NCBI GenBank assembly: GCA_043228905.1
Contig: JBHGNT010000001.1
Location: 868,001-932,000 of the forward strand
DNA: 64,000 nt
Direction of reading: 5' to 3'
Source of the DNA: Azolla caroliniana
Taxonomy: Eukaryota > Plantae > Polypodiophyta
Below, piece after piece: positions 1-13,551 of the stretch. Both the position numbers and the translations under genes were made by a program. Every line of letters begins with the position of its first letter. The stretch's first letter is position 1. The notes below the pieces were generated by a model. That model did no database searches. It was not told the DNA's origin and worked only from the letters and a program-made list of their open reading frames with translations.

Positions 1-2339
1 GAGAAGCATACATATGATCCACTACCCTTAACCTGAAACCTAATATTTTCTTTAAAATTGACCATGAAATTAATTAATAACCATGGTAATATCTATGAAT
101 CAGAGTATAGCACATTTTGAGAGAAGATACAACCAGGAACACCTATCAAAAGTCTTTCTATGAGTCACTACCTGTCAAGCAAGATTGAAAAATTAAATCT
201 CTAGCTTAAGTGCAATTTTAGCAAGTAATAGCTCTGACTAAGATGTACGTGTAATGTGTGTCTCTCTAATGCATGAATGACCAAATCACATAAAGGATTT
301 CTTGGGCCAATGTGTGTCTCTCTAATGCAATGTGTGCCTCGGTTCTCCTTTCGCTACGCCTTCCTTTCTCGCTGGGTCAAGTTGTGCGCATTTTCGTTCG
401 TAGAGTTACCAAGTCCCCTCCCTCACCTACTCTTCCCCCTCCCTGCCGCCTTTCGATGAGAAATATAGAAAATGAAATAACGCCGCCTGTAAGGTCTTGC
501 ATCCAGCACAAGCACATACTTTCTAACAGCTCCAAAATTCATAAATGATCATTCAAAGTTCAGAATAGAACCTCTTCCTAATTTGATATTGCAATGACAT
601 CTTAGGAGCACATAGGGCATTTGTAAAGGAGCCAAGGGAAAATCTGCCTTCTGGAAATTTGTTCATAAAAGCTTCCCCCTTTGATGTTGGTTCTACATTC
701 TTAACCAAAGCATGTATTTGAGTTCCAAAAAGCCACAAATGATCAGTCAAAGCTCAAGACACCTCTTCTTTGATTCTCCGATTGATAACGGTACTAACAA
801 ACTATGTCATAAAACTGAGTAAACCAAGAAATAAACTATATTTTCCTAGAAATTAACATTAAATGAAAGATCGCTTAACAATTATTCAATTTCTGATTAT
901 TTTTACATCATTCATGCAATCCTTTTCTGAAGATGTCTGTGAAGAAAGTTTGGATTATAAATTATCCAACGTCTGATTAAGAGGTCACCTCATCCATGTT
1001 TAGCTTTTTGTTAAACTTGGATTGGGCGAGTTATATATCAGATCATGCATGACATATAGTTTTTACCTCGTGGCATTTGATCCTCCCCCACACCTTCCAA
1101 TTCGAGAAAAGAATCATATATTATATGGCTTCTGAGTTTATATTACCTCAGAAGCTTTGAGATGAGTTTCTTTGTCATGGATGTACAAGTTTCTACTAAT
1201 GAAGAAGATGTTTTTTTGGGAAAAAAAAAAAAACTTATCCCTGAGGAAAAGTTGCATAATTTTCTCATTCACATACTCAACTAGTTCGAGAAAAAGAATC
1301 AAGGGTATGGATATGGTCAAATCACTCACACGATGTTTGTTTGTTTGTGTGTGTGTGTGTTATTCAATTTCCAAGAGATGGAATCAAAAGCTTGAAGAAT
1401 TGCAGCCTGAGGCAAAATCAGTTATCCCTTTATAGGAAACTGAACAGAAGGCACAAAGATTGTGTAAAAATCATCATAAGTGTAAACATTGCTCAGAGTT
1501 TTAAGTGTAGAAAAAAAAAACTCCCTGAAGTTGGATAATGTATGATACGATCTTAATTCGAAGAAGAAAAGGAAACCATGAAAATCGTTAGGGAACATCA
1601 CAGTTTAAGAACTTGGATAATATACAGTCAATTTGGAGTTAATGTCTAGTAAGGAATGCACACCATGAAGAAGCTGGTTCATATATGGTCAATTCCTAAG
1701 AGATGAAGGCATAGAAATCTTAAAATGTTATTTGGTAAAAGTTTTTGGATTTGGATAATATTGGGTCAATTTCTTCAATAGGAAGGTATGGATGATGGAA
1801 AACCACTCACAACGTTCTATCATTCACAGTCAAAGTTAAGAGAAAAGAGAAGGGATAGAGGAGATGATGAATTACTTAGAACTTGGATAATGTAGGATCA
1901 GATCTCTCATTTATACTTGATTTGTCGAAAAAGAACGCATCCAATAGGTCATTTAACCTCTCGTTCATGCCAATCAAATGCTGGAGAATGAAGGTATGGA
2001 TTCACAGTCAAAACTTTCCTGTAATAGAAGGTAAAGATGAGGGGAGATCACGGATAATAAATTATTCGACCTCGCATTCACACTCAATATCAAGAAAATA
2101 TGGAAAGTTTGGATGAACCCCCAGAGTTAGATAATTTATGGTCGATTTCTAGAGGTAACATCCCTAAGAATTTGAATAATAATCACTAAGCGTTAGGAAA
2201 ATATATCTTGGAAAAACTCACTAACAACCTTGTAAAGGCTGTAGCCGTGGTAGACCAATAAAAACTACAAAGAGTCATAGTATAAAAGTACAAAGAATGG
2301 TGAATACCTACAAGAATGTTCTTTCCATCACCTGTAATC

Positions 2340-2870
2340 ATTGGCTTAAACACTGAACTATAATGAAAACATTGCAGGAGACTATCTTTCGAAATGAAAG
2401 CATATCCAACAGTTCATGTACTTTCTGTAAGACTCCACACGTATCATATAGATCAAGCAATGCATTGTTAACAACCTGGTTTCTCTTCAGCCTGCCCATC
2501 TCCTCAATCTTTACCTACATTTCTCTGCCCTTTTCTAATGCTCCAATGCAAGATTCAACCTGGTTTTGAATTGGAAACATATCCTGTAACAAGAACATTG
2601 CAGTAGACTATCTTTCGAACAGGAAGCATAAGAAACAGTTCATGTATGTGACTTCATCTCCAGAATTTCGTTGAAGTTGCATCTTCTTGACTTGATCAAT
2701 GCATCCTCACCTTGCTCCTCCTTTTGCTTTTTCAAGTGATCCAACATGTCAACTATTCATCTGAGATGATCCCTTGACATTGCATATGCTGTAAACCTTC
2801 GAACTATCATGAAGACCAGTCGTGCTACTAATGCCTTCCATGGCACCGCATCACGAAACGAGACCTTATG
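2340..2870 (-). pseudogene. Degenerate PLS-class pentatricopeptide repeat (PPR) gene fragment
   Basis: Minus-strand pieces read VSFRDAVPWKALVA, EQGEDAL..KMQLQRNSGDEVTYM and CIGALEKGREM*VKIEEMGRLKRNQVVNNALLDLYDTCGVLQKVHELLDMLSFRKIVSCN. These match PLS motif consensus (RDVVSWNALI; ALEKGREIH; VGNALVDMYAKCG..KAQEVFDKL). Stops and frameshifts are present. Confidence 0.75.
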
Positions 2871-2920
2871 GACTACATCTCTGACCTTATGGACTACATC
2901 TCTGACCTTATGGACTACAT
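2862..2920. repeat. 21-bp tandem repeat x~2.8 (GACCTTATGGACTACATCTCT)
   Basis: Copies start at 2862, 2883 and 2904. Confidence 0.95.
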
Positions 2921-2947
2921 TGCATATTCTTCGGGGATAAGTTTTAC

Positions 2948-4124
2948 CTCATGACCTTTGCACTTTGCATGCCTGATCACCTTCTTGGTGGCATTATGGA
3001 TGAGGATAAACGCAGGAGAGCCAAAGTTGTCACAATTCGTCATTAATCCAGAGCTACAAATGATAAAAAATTATGATGGCAAATAACGATAAAGATGCAA
3101 TACTACGGAAGAAGTGAATCAACAATGAAAACGCCAACCTGGAGCTATGTCAAAGAACAGAAAATGATAATGGAGAAAAAGGATGAGTATATTTTCGTCT
3201 ACAAGAAAGAGAATATTGACAAAGAAATCTTGAAACCCGAATCTACAAAAAATAACGGAAAATGATGGAAAAGAACGAGCATATTTTCTTCTGCAGGATA
3301 CCTGATTGACTAGCTAAAACATAGAAAACAAAGAGAAAGAAAAACAACAAATCTGTAAATGTTTCATCCACATCAAGAAAGAACAGGAAAAGTAAAGAGA
3401 TCAGAATCAGCATTAACGAAATCTTTAGTGTACCGAAGTGATGTACATATCTTCCTCCGCAAAGATGCCACAAAATAGCAACTAAGTAAATAAAAATAGG
3501 AAAAAATGGGAGAGTTATCAGCAATCCAGAGCTACAAAAAATGAAGAATGAAATATTTAAATCCAGAGCAATATTAAATGATGAAAAAAGAATGTGTTCA
3601 TATTTTTAACTGATCCAAGATTTAAACAAAGGTTCACAATTAATCTGATATATTAGCTACAATTGATTGGAACAAAAACGATGATGAAAAAGAATCTGTA
3701 AAATATATTTTCCTCTGATTATACTTCGTCTGATGAAAGTATGTCCGGGGTAGCTTAAAATCAAACATATCAATACAAAAGAAAGATTTAATCTAGAGTT
3801 AAAATTAGAAGAAAAATAAGAATATACATAAAGTTAATTTTACATCCCAAACAATAACATAAAAGCTAAGCTATGAAAGAGGGAATCAACAAAGAATTCG
3901 GGTTAGAGTTTGGAAGAATTGTGAGAAAAAGAAGAGGATGATCATCATCATAATCACCTGAGTGGGATCGTTAGAGTTAGAGGGAGCCATGACGGTTTCT
4001 CATTGTGAACGGAGAGATGGAATGTCTTATCAAGCTTACAGAATATTTTTACGAGGGGTTCATGGACATGATGATGATGATGATATTGTTGAGGGTGATG
4101 ACCAGTGCTGTTAGCTGAATCCAT
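2948..4124 (-). pseudogene. Euonymus lectin (EUL, ricin-B-like) gene, damaged; exon 1 4124-3958, exon 2 3053-2948; exon 3 possibly degenerate near 30-170
   Basis: Manual translation gives MDSANSTGHHPQQYHHHHHVHEPLVKIFCKLDKTFHLSVHNEK, then in a shifted frame VMAPSNSNDPTQ|LWINDE, then DNFGSPAFILIHNATKKVIRHAKCKGHE|. This resembles the EUL domain pattern VKVYCK..NYSLTIRDGKVILAPSDPSDEFQHWYKDE...DEEGFPAFALVNKATG. Borders are GT/AG. There is one frameshift in each exon. Confidence 0.7.
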
Positions 4125-5528
4125 GTCTTCTTCTTTCTTCTTCTTCTTTCTTCTTCTTCTTCTTCTTCTTCTTCTTCTGTGTATTCGTCAAGCCCTAAAA
4201 AACACAATGAAGGATTGCAGATCATCGTCTGCATGGACATGTTTGTTTGTTTATTTATATATGATATGAATATTGAACAAATAATAATAAAACGATACCA
4301 AGTGAATAAATTGCTGAAATTAACATTTTATTCACAAATTCAAGTGAGAATAATAACATTATCCTTGGACCTTTACAGAAAGAAAGAATCATCAACGTTT
4401 TCTCGTTATTTATAGGAAAACATATATATATGATTTTTCGTTCGTCTTAATTTTTTCTTTTGTTCAGTGCACCGGCATTGTAGCTAAGAGTTTACGTACA
4501 TTATACATATACAAATACATATATATGTTTTGCTTGAAGACCACATTCTTTGTTGATCGAGTGAGTGGTCCTCCTCTCCACGCGCACACACACGCAGCTA
4601 GCTAGGGTAATCCTAGATACTCAAGTGCTCACTGCTCCACAAAGTTATGACCCAAATTGTAGACCCAAGCTTTTTGTCTCCCTTGCCAGCCCCAAACCAG
4701 GTCATGACGTCTTAGTTGTTGAGGGTTCACGCACGGCTGGTCATTGAGCCCCCAAGTCCCACTAATATTATAGTTATGTGCTAGTCGTTGCCCAATAGGC
4801 ACATTATGATTGGGCACTTAGACTAATGTGTTGATTTGGACAAATATGTGTCGATTCTGTTGTGGATTGATGCGGAACTCCTAAGAAGAAAATGGATCAT
4901 TTTCATTCTTCAAAGGAGATTGAGAACGAACCGGGTTTTCCCTAGTTTTATAGGATCATGGAGAAACAACATAGGAAACACACGATGAAACATATCAAAT
5001 GGATCCTAGATTCCATCGGATGCCCAAGAAGCAAACACGAGGAGTGTGCTGCTTCGTAAATAGAAGCTCAAAGAGAAACGTTGCTTTTTGTTGGGCATAT
5101 AGAAACAATGAAGATTTGATGGACGTTTCTGCCCGGCATAACCTTCCTAATGAAGCAAAACACGGGGTTCATGTATGTATGTATGAATGTGCATAATCCC
5201 ATGTAGCGGAGACCCGCACACGACGTCCATCCATAAATGCTGCGAAAAGGGAAGGGAAGGGAACCCAATCCTGAGATGTGGTCCAGAGGTGATGATCTCT
5301 TTCTTTCTTTTTCTTCTTCTTCTTTTTGTTTTGCTTTGCTTTTTGCCCTCCACTCCACTCCACTCCCCTGCCTTCCCTTCTATCTGTCCCTTTTCGTTCT
5401 ATCTCTTCCCTCTCCCTTCTTTTTGATTTTTCTCAAGATCGATTGATTATTCAAACAATATAATTTTTGTGGTAAGATAAGCTCCTCCTGTGCTCGCATT
5501 GCTTCAGAAGTAGTCGTAGAAGAAGAAA

Positions 5529-8453
5529 ATGGCTATGACTGTATCTCTCTCCGCCAGGTCTTCTTTCTCCACTGTTTCTGCTGCTGCCTCTTCTTCTTCA
5601 GCCGTTGGGCCTCGCGACTCCTCCTCTACTACAGTGAAGCTTTCTCCTCCTCAGCTCTTTGGCGCTAAGTTGAAGGTTTCATCATCATCATCATCATCAT
5701 CTTCTTCTTCTTCTTCTTCTTGTTTTCGACCTCGCACTCCACTCACAGTTTGCAAGGTATGCAGTCATCGACATTCTTTATATGTACATTTCTGCAGAGA
5801 AAAAAATACCAGTCCGTTTCTAGAGTCTGGAAATGGGGAATGAATGTACATGTCTATGGAAACAGTGGAAACTCTGAATATGTATGAATCTGCTTGGAAA
5901 TTGTGAACGTGGGTGACTCTGTTTGGAAATGGTGAAATCTGCTTCACAATACAAAATGTATGTGAATATGTTTGGAAATGGCAAATGTGCCTCTGTTTGT
6001 TAGGAGACGATGAATGTGCGTGAATATGTATCTATGAAGATGGTGAATCTGTTTTGAAAATTATCCCTGTGTGAATTCACGTTAGATATTTGAAGGTTCT
6101 GAATGTCTGAGAATATGCGTGAAGACTGTGAATCTGTTTGCATAGTTCCATTTCTTCTCTTTTGGATAGCTTTTTCCATAGATATCACTTCATTCTCGTA
6201 TCTTTCCTGTTATAAATTGTACATCTTTGCCCTTTAGCTCATATGTGTGGAAATGGCGAACCTGTGGATCTCCTTCAGATTGCCTAAATTGCTTTATTTT
6301 CTTGGAAGACATTCATTCTTATCTCTTTTCTACCAGAAATGATGAATCTTTGATTCATCTTTCAAGCTTCTTTGGTGGCAATTATCTTATTGTATCATTG
6401 AGTGCATATTGCAGAGCAAACTATAATCTTCAATGGTGTGGAAATAGCGCTTCTTTTTCTCCTTTTTGATGGAAATGACATCTCTCTTTTTTATTAGAAA
6501 TGGGGTTGTTTCATTTCTTCTCCCACTTTCATGGAAATATCTTCATATTTTTTGCCAAAATTTTGATTGGAAATGTTGATTCAGTTCCATTTCCCTTGTT
6601 TCCATGGAAATCGCCTCATTTCATGTTAGACAGGTTGAATATGTTCCAGGTATTCTCTCGTTATTACGTAATTCTCTCCATTTTCATCATGCTCTAGAGG
6701 ATAGTGTATCTATTGTCTTTCTTCTCGTAATGACCCCAATTTCATCTCTTCTCTGTTAGAAACAATGAATCCATGCTCCATTTCTTCAAAGTTATAATCT
6801 GCTTCCTTACCTCTCAAGGTCTTCCTCAATTGTCTATCCAAGTACTTTGTATTTTTATATGTAGGCAATGTATCTCTTACCACATGCTATAACCAGCATA
6901 TTATAAACATCAAAATACAACTATCTTTTGTGTATTTAAGAGAATACCCACCAGTTTCGCACACAACACCAGAATACTCTGTTTAATGCAAAGACTGTAG
7001 AGGGGTATTCTGGTGTTCTTTGTGAAACCTAGGGGTACTTATGGTTAATACACAGGAAGTTAGGGTTACTTTATATTTGCCATAATGTGATTCATGCATT
7101 GGGGAAATTCAAAGCCAATTGGTAGAAATTCATGTAATGAATTTCTATTTCCAATGTAATTCAGGTGTCCAAAGGGGATGTTGCCCCACCTTTCTCGCTG
7201 AAGGATCAAGATGGCAAGACAGTCTCTTTGTCCAAGTTTAAAGGGAAGCCTGTGGTTCTGTACTTCTATCCTGCAGATGAAACTCCAGGTTGCACTAAAC
7301 AGGTATCTTTCTCTCCCACACATCAATCTTATGTTTGCTTAATCAAAAGTAATTGATGAGAATTCATTTTCATTATTCTTCTCATTGCTTACTGAAAAAT
7401 GTGACGAAGATGCCTCTCTCATTAACATTATCCTCTCGCACTGAAAATGTAATGGACATGCATTTTCATTGATCTTATCTTTTTGCTTAACGAAAGTTGA
7501 GTGATGATACATTTTCAAATATCTTATCTTCAGTTGACAGAAAATGAAGTTACGAGGAATTCTCTCTGATCTTAGTAAAGCAAAATGAGAACTCGTTGTC
7601 ATTGGTAAAAATAACACGATGACACATTCTTTTTATCTTATATCTTTGCTTTTTCCAGGCGTGTGCTTTCAGAGATTCATATGAGAAGTTCAAGAAAGCC
7701 GGAGCTGAAGTTATTGGAGTGAGTGGTGATAGCTCTGAATCTCATAAGGTAAATTCTTAAGGCTGATGTTGAGTCTACATTATGGATGGATAGGCAACGT
7801 CTTTTCCACTTGTAGAGAGACGGTCATTGTTTGGGTAAATTCTCAAGGCTGATGTTAATTCCACATTATGTATGCATGAATGGATGGGCAGCGTGGGCTC
7901 GTTCATTTGTAGTTGTACATTATAAATCTATGGAGATAGGGGTCATTGTTTGGGTGATGAGATTGTCAGTTCAGCAGTGTGGATTTAAAATTTGTGTTCA
8001 TAGTATTCTGTCAAAATTTTGGATAAGGACACAAGGATTTGGTCACATGAGGTGTGTGGTTTATTAATTTTTGGTTCCTCTGTAAGATGAGGATATGCCA
8101 TTTGAGTCAAATCTTTATATGAATTGCCTTGTGATGCAAAGTTTTGCAAACAAATACAGTATATTAAATTTGTTTCATTTGTAAGAGGATGAGGAAATGC
8201 CATTTACGTCAATATGTATTTCTTTGTCATGCAGAATTTTGCAAAAAAGTATCGATTACCTTATACACTATTAAGCGATGAGGGAAACAAGCTGAGGAAG
8301 GAGTGGGGTATCCCTGGCGATTTCTTTGGAACTTTACCAGGAAGACAAACATATGTGATAGACAAGAAAGGCATAGTTCAACTCATCTTCAACAACCAAT
8401 TCCAACCAGAAAAGCATGTGGAGGAGACCCTCAAAATCTTGTCAAGCATCTGA
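5529..8453 (+). CDS. PRXQ: Peroxiredoxin Q, chloroplastic; exons 5529-5756, 7165-7302, 7659-7748, 8235-8453 (224 aa)
   Basis: Ser-rich transit peptide; [24 protein letters not shown] (CxxxxC BCP/PrxQ motif); [10 protein letters not shown]. All introns are GT-AG, phase 0, and the frame is intact. Confidence 0.96.
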
Positions 8454-11201
8454 AAATGAGTTTGATTTTCTTCCAGAATGCAATTGTCAATATCCCACAC
8501 TTCATATAAAATATCCTTGTAATGTTGAAGTTTTTTGAGGTTCCGCATTTGGCATGTTATGACAATTGATTAATCTAACAGCATAATGCTTGAACAATTC
8601 ATTTTAATCATAAATGGCTTTGGTATAAACAGCCTTCTCTATGTGTCATAATTTGTAAGGCTGAATCATGAATGGCTGTTTCGGGAACACAAAGCCCCTA
8701 TTGCATTCACGTGATGGGAAATAGCACCACTATTTTTACAAAAGACGCATATGTTATCTTAGTATTGACGCAAGTGATTAATTTGCCCAACAACAATGCT
8801 ATTATTGCTAAATCTATATACGAAAATGTTACACATTTGCATAAGAAAAAGGAACATTTCGAGGAAGTTGCATAGATCACCAAGAATTTGCATAAAGATT
8901 GATTAGATACTTGAAAGTAATGGAACTAGCTTTGGAATGCTAAGCAAATAGGTCATCGTGAAAGATAATATAAATGACAATTTTGACTATTTGTTAAGCA
9001 AAGAACATGTTTACTATCAATATGAATGCTAAGTGAAACATTTTGATGGGTTATATATGGTGTCGGCTATTGACCATTCATATTCAAAGTGTCTTACCAA
9101 TGGGTATTGGAATTGAGGATGTGGATTGTCACATGAGAGAAATGTGCATAGGGATATGTGCACATTCATAGTGTAGTGGAAATAAACTCAACTATTATCA
9201 AAGGTGGGGCATTGTTGTAGAATATGATTGCTTAAACTTGTTTCACACAAAATACACATTATCGAAGAATCTCCTTGCTATAGTGCCCAATGCTCTGTTT
9301 GACATTGAAGAGAATGTTAACTGAAGTGTATGGATGCAATGATGCAAATATTGGGAAAATGGAAAGCAAACTCATTGGTGATCTAAGGTGGATCATTGTA
9401 TTACAATGCAGCTAGTCCCCTTTATGTAGTCCAACCCATAAGGCTCCTAAACAACCACATGTCGTAGTTCCTTGTGGGTTTGTCTGAATACCTCAAATAA
9501 TTGGTTTCAAATTTGGTCCTTGAGTTTATGCCTATAACCTAAACCCAATTATCTTGTTGATAGATCATGATCATCAAATATATTTGCTCTACGATTTGAT
9601 TTATGTATGCCATTTGACCATCAATGAGACCTTCACCAAGGCAAATCATGAAGTTTATTAACGATCAAATGATGCTACATGGCAATTCATGATCATCAAA
9701 TGATGTTGCATTGCCATTCATGAAGTTTATTAACCATGCTCGTGTGTATAAGATCTTTTTACCAAAACCAAAATATCCTTCCATTAGTTTTTAGAAAAGT
9801 CATAACAACTGCAACATACAAAATATTTTTTCCCAACTCATCTTTATAAGACGATGGTTAAGGAAACAAATCTATGTACTCCAAAGTAGAGGAAAAACTA
9901 ATCTGAAAATTATTCTATAGACACATTCCAAGCTATTCCATTGATAAGAACAAAAGTAGTTGCATCCAGAGACAAGCCCTCGCAGCTCATAGATATGAAC
10001 CATTTCAATGCTTCTTCAACCTACTCTTGTTCAGCATAATTTGTAATCAATACATTCCAAACTATTCCATAAACAGAAACAAAAGTTGTGACATGCAGGG
10101 ACAAGCCCTCGCAACTCCTAGATTGGAACCATTAGAATGATTTTTCAGCACGCTATATCCACCAATGCAATTCCAATAAATCTTCCTTTACCCTAAAAAC
10201 CGAATGCTACCACAAGCTCGTGTGTATAAGATCTTGTCGTTTTCTATTGAGATAAGACTTATATCAAGGAGTAAAGTATGACAACTTTGTAAAAAGATAT
10301 TGTCATTTTTTCTCTTGAGATGGACTTATGTCAAGGAGTGTAAAGTATGGCAACTTCATAGACTCATCCACAACAACCAATTTGGAATCAAACCCATTAA
10401 CTTACGAGAGGCATGTGATGAAATCCACGTAAATTGAGGCCCTATGTTGGAAAAGGATTGGAATGGCGGCATTAGACAATCATGGGAAAGTTTTGATCAA
10501 GCACATACATTGTGAGATATAGCAACTTCTTTGATTCAATTCTAGTATTGAAGTCATGGATAGTTACATGAGAGAATCTTGAGGTTTATTGCTCAAGGGC
10601 TAGCCATTTGTGGCGTTGTGGCTATTTGAAAAGATTTGGATTCAAATAGGCTTCAACCAAGTCCCACTAATGACATTTCCATATTCAAATATGAATTGGT
10701 CCAGGTCATTGTATATTTGAGGATTTGGTTGGATATGCCAAACTTTCGACAGTTGCCTTTGCTTGCGAACTAAAGCACATCACTATAATGATATCTTTTA
10801 GTCATTACATTGTCCATAATGAGGATTTTGACTTGGTTCGTTTTGAGAAGGTATCTGGCTTATTCAAGGTGATTGAATGACGAGCTTGGTGACAATTCAA
10901 GGTGTGCATGGGTGTATGATCACCTCCAACCGAATGAGCCATCGTATGTTCCGTCATGAGAAGACTGCCGACTACTACAACAACACCTAGATTGGTTTTG
11001 AAGAAGGCAACCACACCAATTCTCTCAATAACCATGGAACCCCCGCCCGCGTACACACACACACACACAACTATCACCAAGGGACTTATGCATACAAGTA
11101 GACCACCACATATCATCATATGTATTTTATGGACTGCTGTTTGTATTTTGGTGCTGTGGTAGGATAAGGCAAGAAAGGAAATTCTTAGAGCCCAGCGAGC
11201 G

Positions 11202-13551
11202 ATGGCGAGCCTCCAGCAGTCCCTGAGCAACCTCTCCATCAACACCGCCAATATCAGCAGATATGGATTATCTTCTTCCTCGTTCATGGGATCAGCCATG
11301 CCCCTACGGCATTCACATGTAAGAATTTGTGGAAGGAGAGAGAGAGAGAGAGAGAGAAAGAAAGAGAGAGAGAGCGAGAGAGAGCACAACGATTCATTTA
11401 CTGAAGAAATGAGAGAGAACTGAGCTACTTTTTCTTTCGTCTTTCTTTTCTGTGCAGGGAAATGAAGTGAGAAGGATTGGTCCAATCACCATGGTAAAGA
11501 AAGAAGAAGAAAAACATGACAAAATTCTGATTCTTTTTTCTTTTTATGATTCTCATCACACTGTCTGATATAGTTAGTAGGTTTTGTAATTTGTGTTTGG
11601 AAATGCCACATTTTATTCTATTTTTCTTCTCGTGATCCTCTTGAGTTTTATAAAATATATATTACCAATTCATTCATATTTTTGGCCGAAATGCTGTAAT
11701 GTTTTCTGTTTCTTTTCTTGATTCTCGTCACACTAAATATTTTTGTATTCAAAAGTCTCATTTTCTCTATTTTCTCTATTTTATGCCATTTTAATTCATT
11801 TTTATTTTTGTCGGTCTTTGATATAATATACACTGTCAATTCATGCATATCTGCGTGCGACAATACCATAATGTTTCATGTTTGGTGTTCCTTTTCTTGA
11901 TTCTCATCATGGTACAAGTCTTTGTGTCAAAATGCCACATTTGTTCTGTTTCTTTTCTTGATTCTCGTCTGACTGTCATATAGTAGACACTAACACTTCG
12001 TACCTTTCTTCTGTGCTGTGAAATTTGATGAGAACAGACTGTAAGGCGGTGGGAGAGGAAGGATTGTAAGCCTAATAGTAAACCTGTGTTGTCGAAGCTT
12101 CATGTGAAGGTTGGTGATACTGTGAAGGTCATAGCTGGCTCAGATAAAGGAAAAATAAGTGAAATTGCCAGAGTATACAGACATAATAGCAAAGTCTTGG
12201 TAAAAGATGTGAATCTGAAAACAAAGCATGTTAAGGGGAAACAAGAAGGTGAATCTGGTCAAATTATACAGGTATGTGATTATATAAACATGGTTATATT
12301 CGTTTTCATTACATTTTAATCATATATAAGACTGTTGTTCAGAAACATCCGTTGTTTAGAGTACATTTATCTCCCTTCATTCTAGGAAATATTGATTGCA
12401 GTATAAGGCTGTTTTAAAACATTTTTTTACTTATTGCACAAAGAATCATATATAAGGCTATACATTTTGCAGTGTTCAACACGTTTAATCTCATTTTGCA
12501 TTTTACGAACACCTTTAATCGTGTGAAAGCTTGTTCTTAATAACCTTTTTGCCAGTTTGCAGCATATTCAGTTATATTTAAGACGTTCCTTAGAAAACAT
12601 TTCGTAGTTTAATGCAGATTCTATCACAGACAATGTAATTGTTATGAATGTTGTCTGCTGGTCTTAGGAATCATTTTGTAGTTTAGTGCACATTTAATCC
12701 CTGAAAAGGTTGTTTGTGATGCAGTTTGAAATGCAATGCAGTTAATCATGGTTACGACTACTGTAAAAACATATTATTTTTTAGTGCACATTTAATCAGA
12801 GAAAAGGTTGTTTGTGGTGCAGTTTGCAATACAATACAGTTAACCACATGTAAGGCTGTTTGTAGAATTGTCTTGTAGTTTAATGTGCAGTGAATGACAC
12901 AAAAGGTTGGTCAACGAAACATTTTGCATTTCACAGTGCATTTTCATCACATATGAGGTTATTTTTAAGAAACAGTTTTACAATTTAGAGCACATTTTCA
13001 TCACATAAAAAGGCTGTTTTAAGAACCATTCTGCAGCTTACAGTACACTTTAATCACGTCCAAGGCCGTTTTGACAAACATTTTTGCAGTTTAGAATACA
13101 GATAATCGCACTTAATGCTGCTTATGACAATTCAATATCAATATAAACTTATATTTAGAAATGTTTTATAGTTTACAATATATTTTAATCTCATCAAAGA
13201 GATTTTTTTTATAAACAATTAGGAATCTACAACACATTTTTTAATCACCTGCAAGGAAAATTCTGCAGTTAACAGCACATTTTTTTATCACATGTAAGGT
13301 CTAATTCTGAGTAAAGGAGGTCACATTGTGAACAGATTGAAGCACCGATACACAGTTCAAACGTGATGGTGTACTCGAAGAAGGAGAAAGTTGCAAGTAG
13401 AGTAGGCCATAAAGTATTGGAAGATGGTAAGAAGGTGAGGTATCTTTTGAAGACAGGGGAATTGCTAGATAGTGCTGATGATTGGAAACGCATTCACAAG
13501 ACTGAAAAGAAAGAAAAAGAAAAAGAAAAAGGTCAGATTGTTGCAACCTAG
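11202..13551 (+). CDS. RPL24: Plastid 50S ribosomal protein L24 (uL24c); exons 11202-11318, 11458-11493, 12038-12271, 13336-13551 (~200 aa)
   Basis: Transit peptide, then [30 protein letters not shown] (KOW motif) and [33 protein letters not shown]. Introns are GT-AG. The 36-nt exon 2 is inferred from splice signals and phase. Confidence 0.93.

Noticed and set aside
8672-9000. Faint cyclin-like wording (IIAKSIYEN..HFEEVA*ITKN..VMEL)
   Set aside because: Too degenerate to support without a profile search.
10805-11485. 226-aa minus-strand ORF
   Set aside because: It is built from microsatellites and is antisense to RPL24 exon 1, with no recognisable domain.
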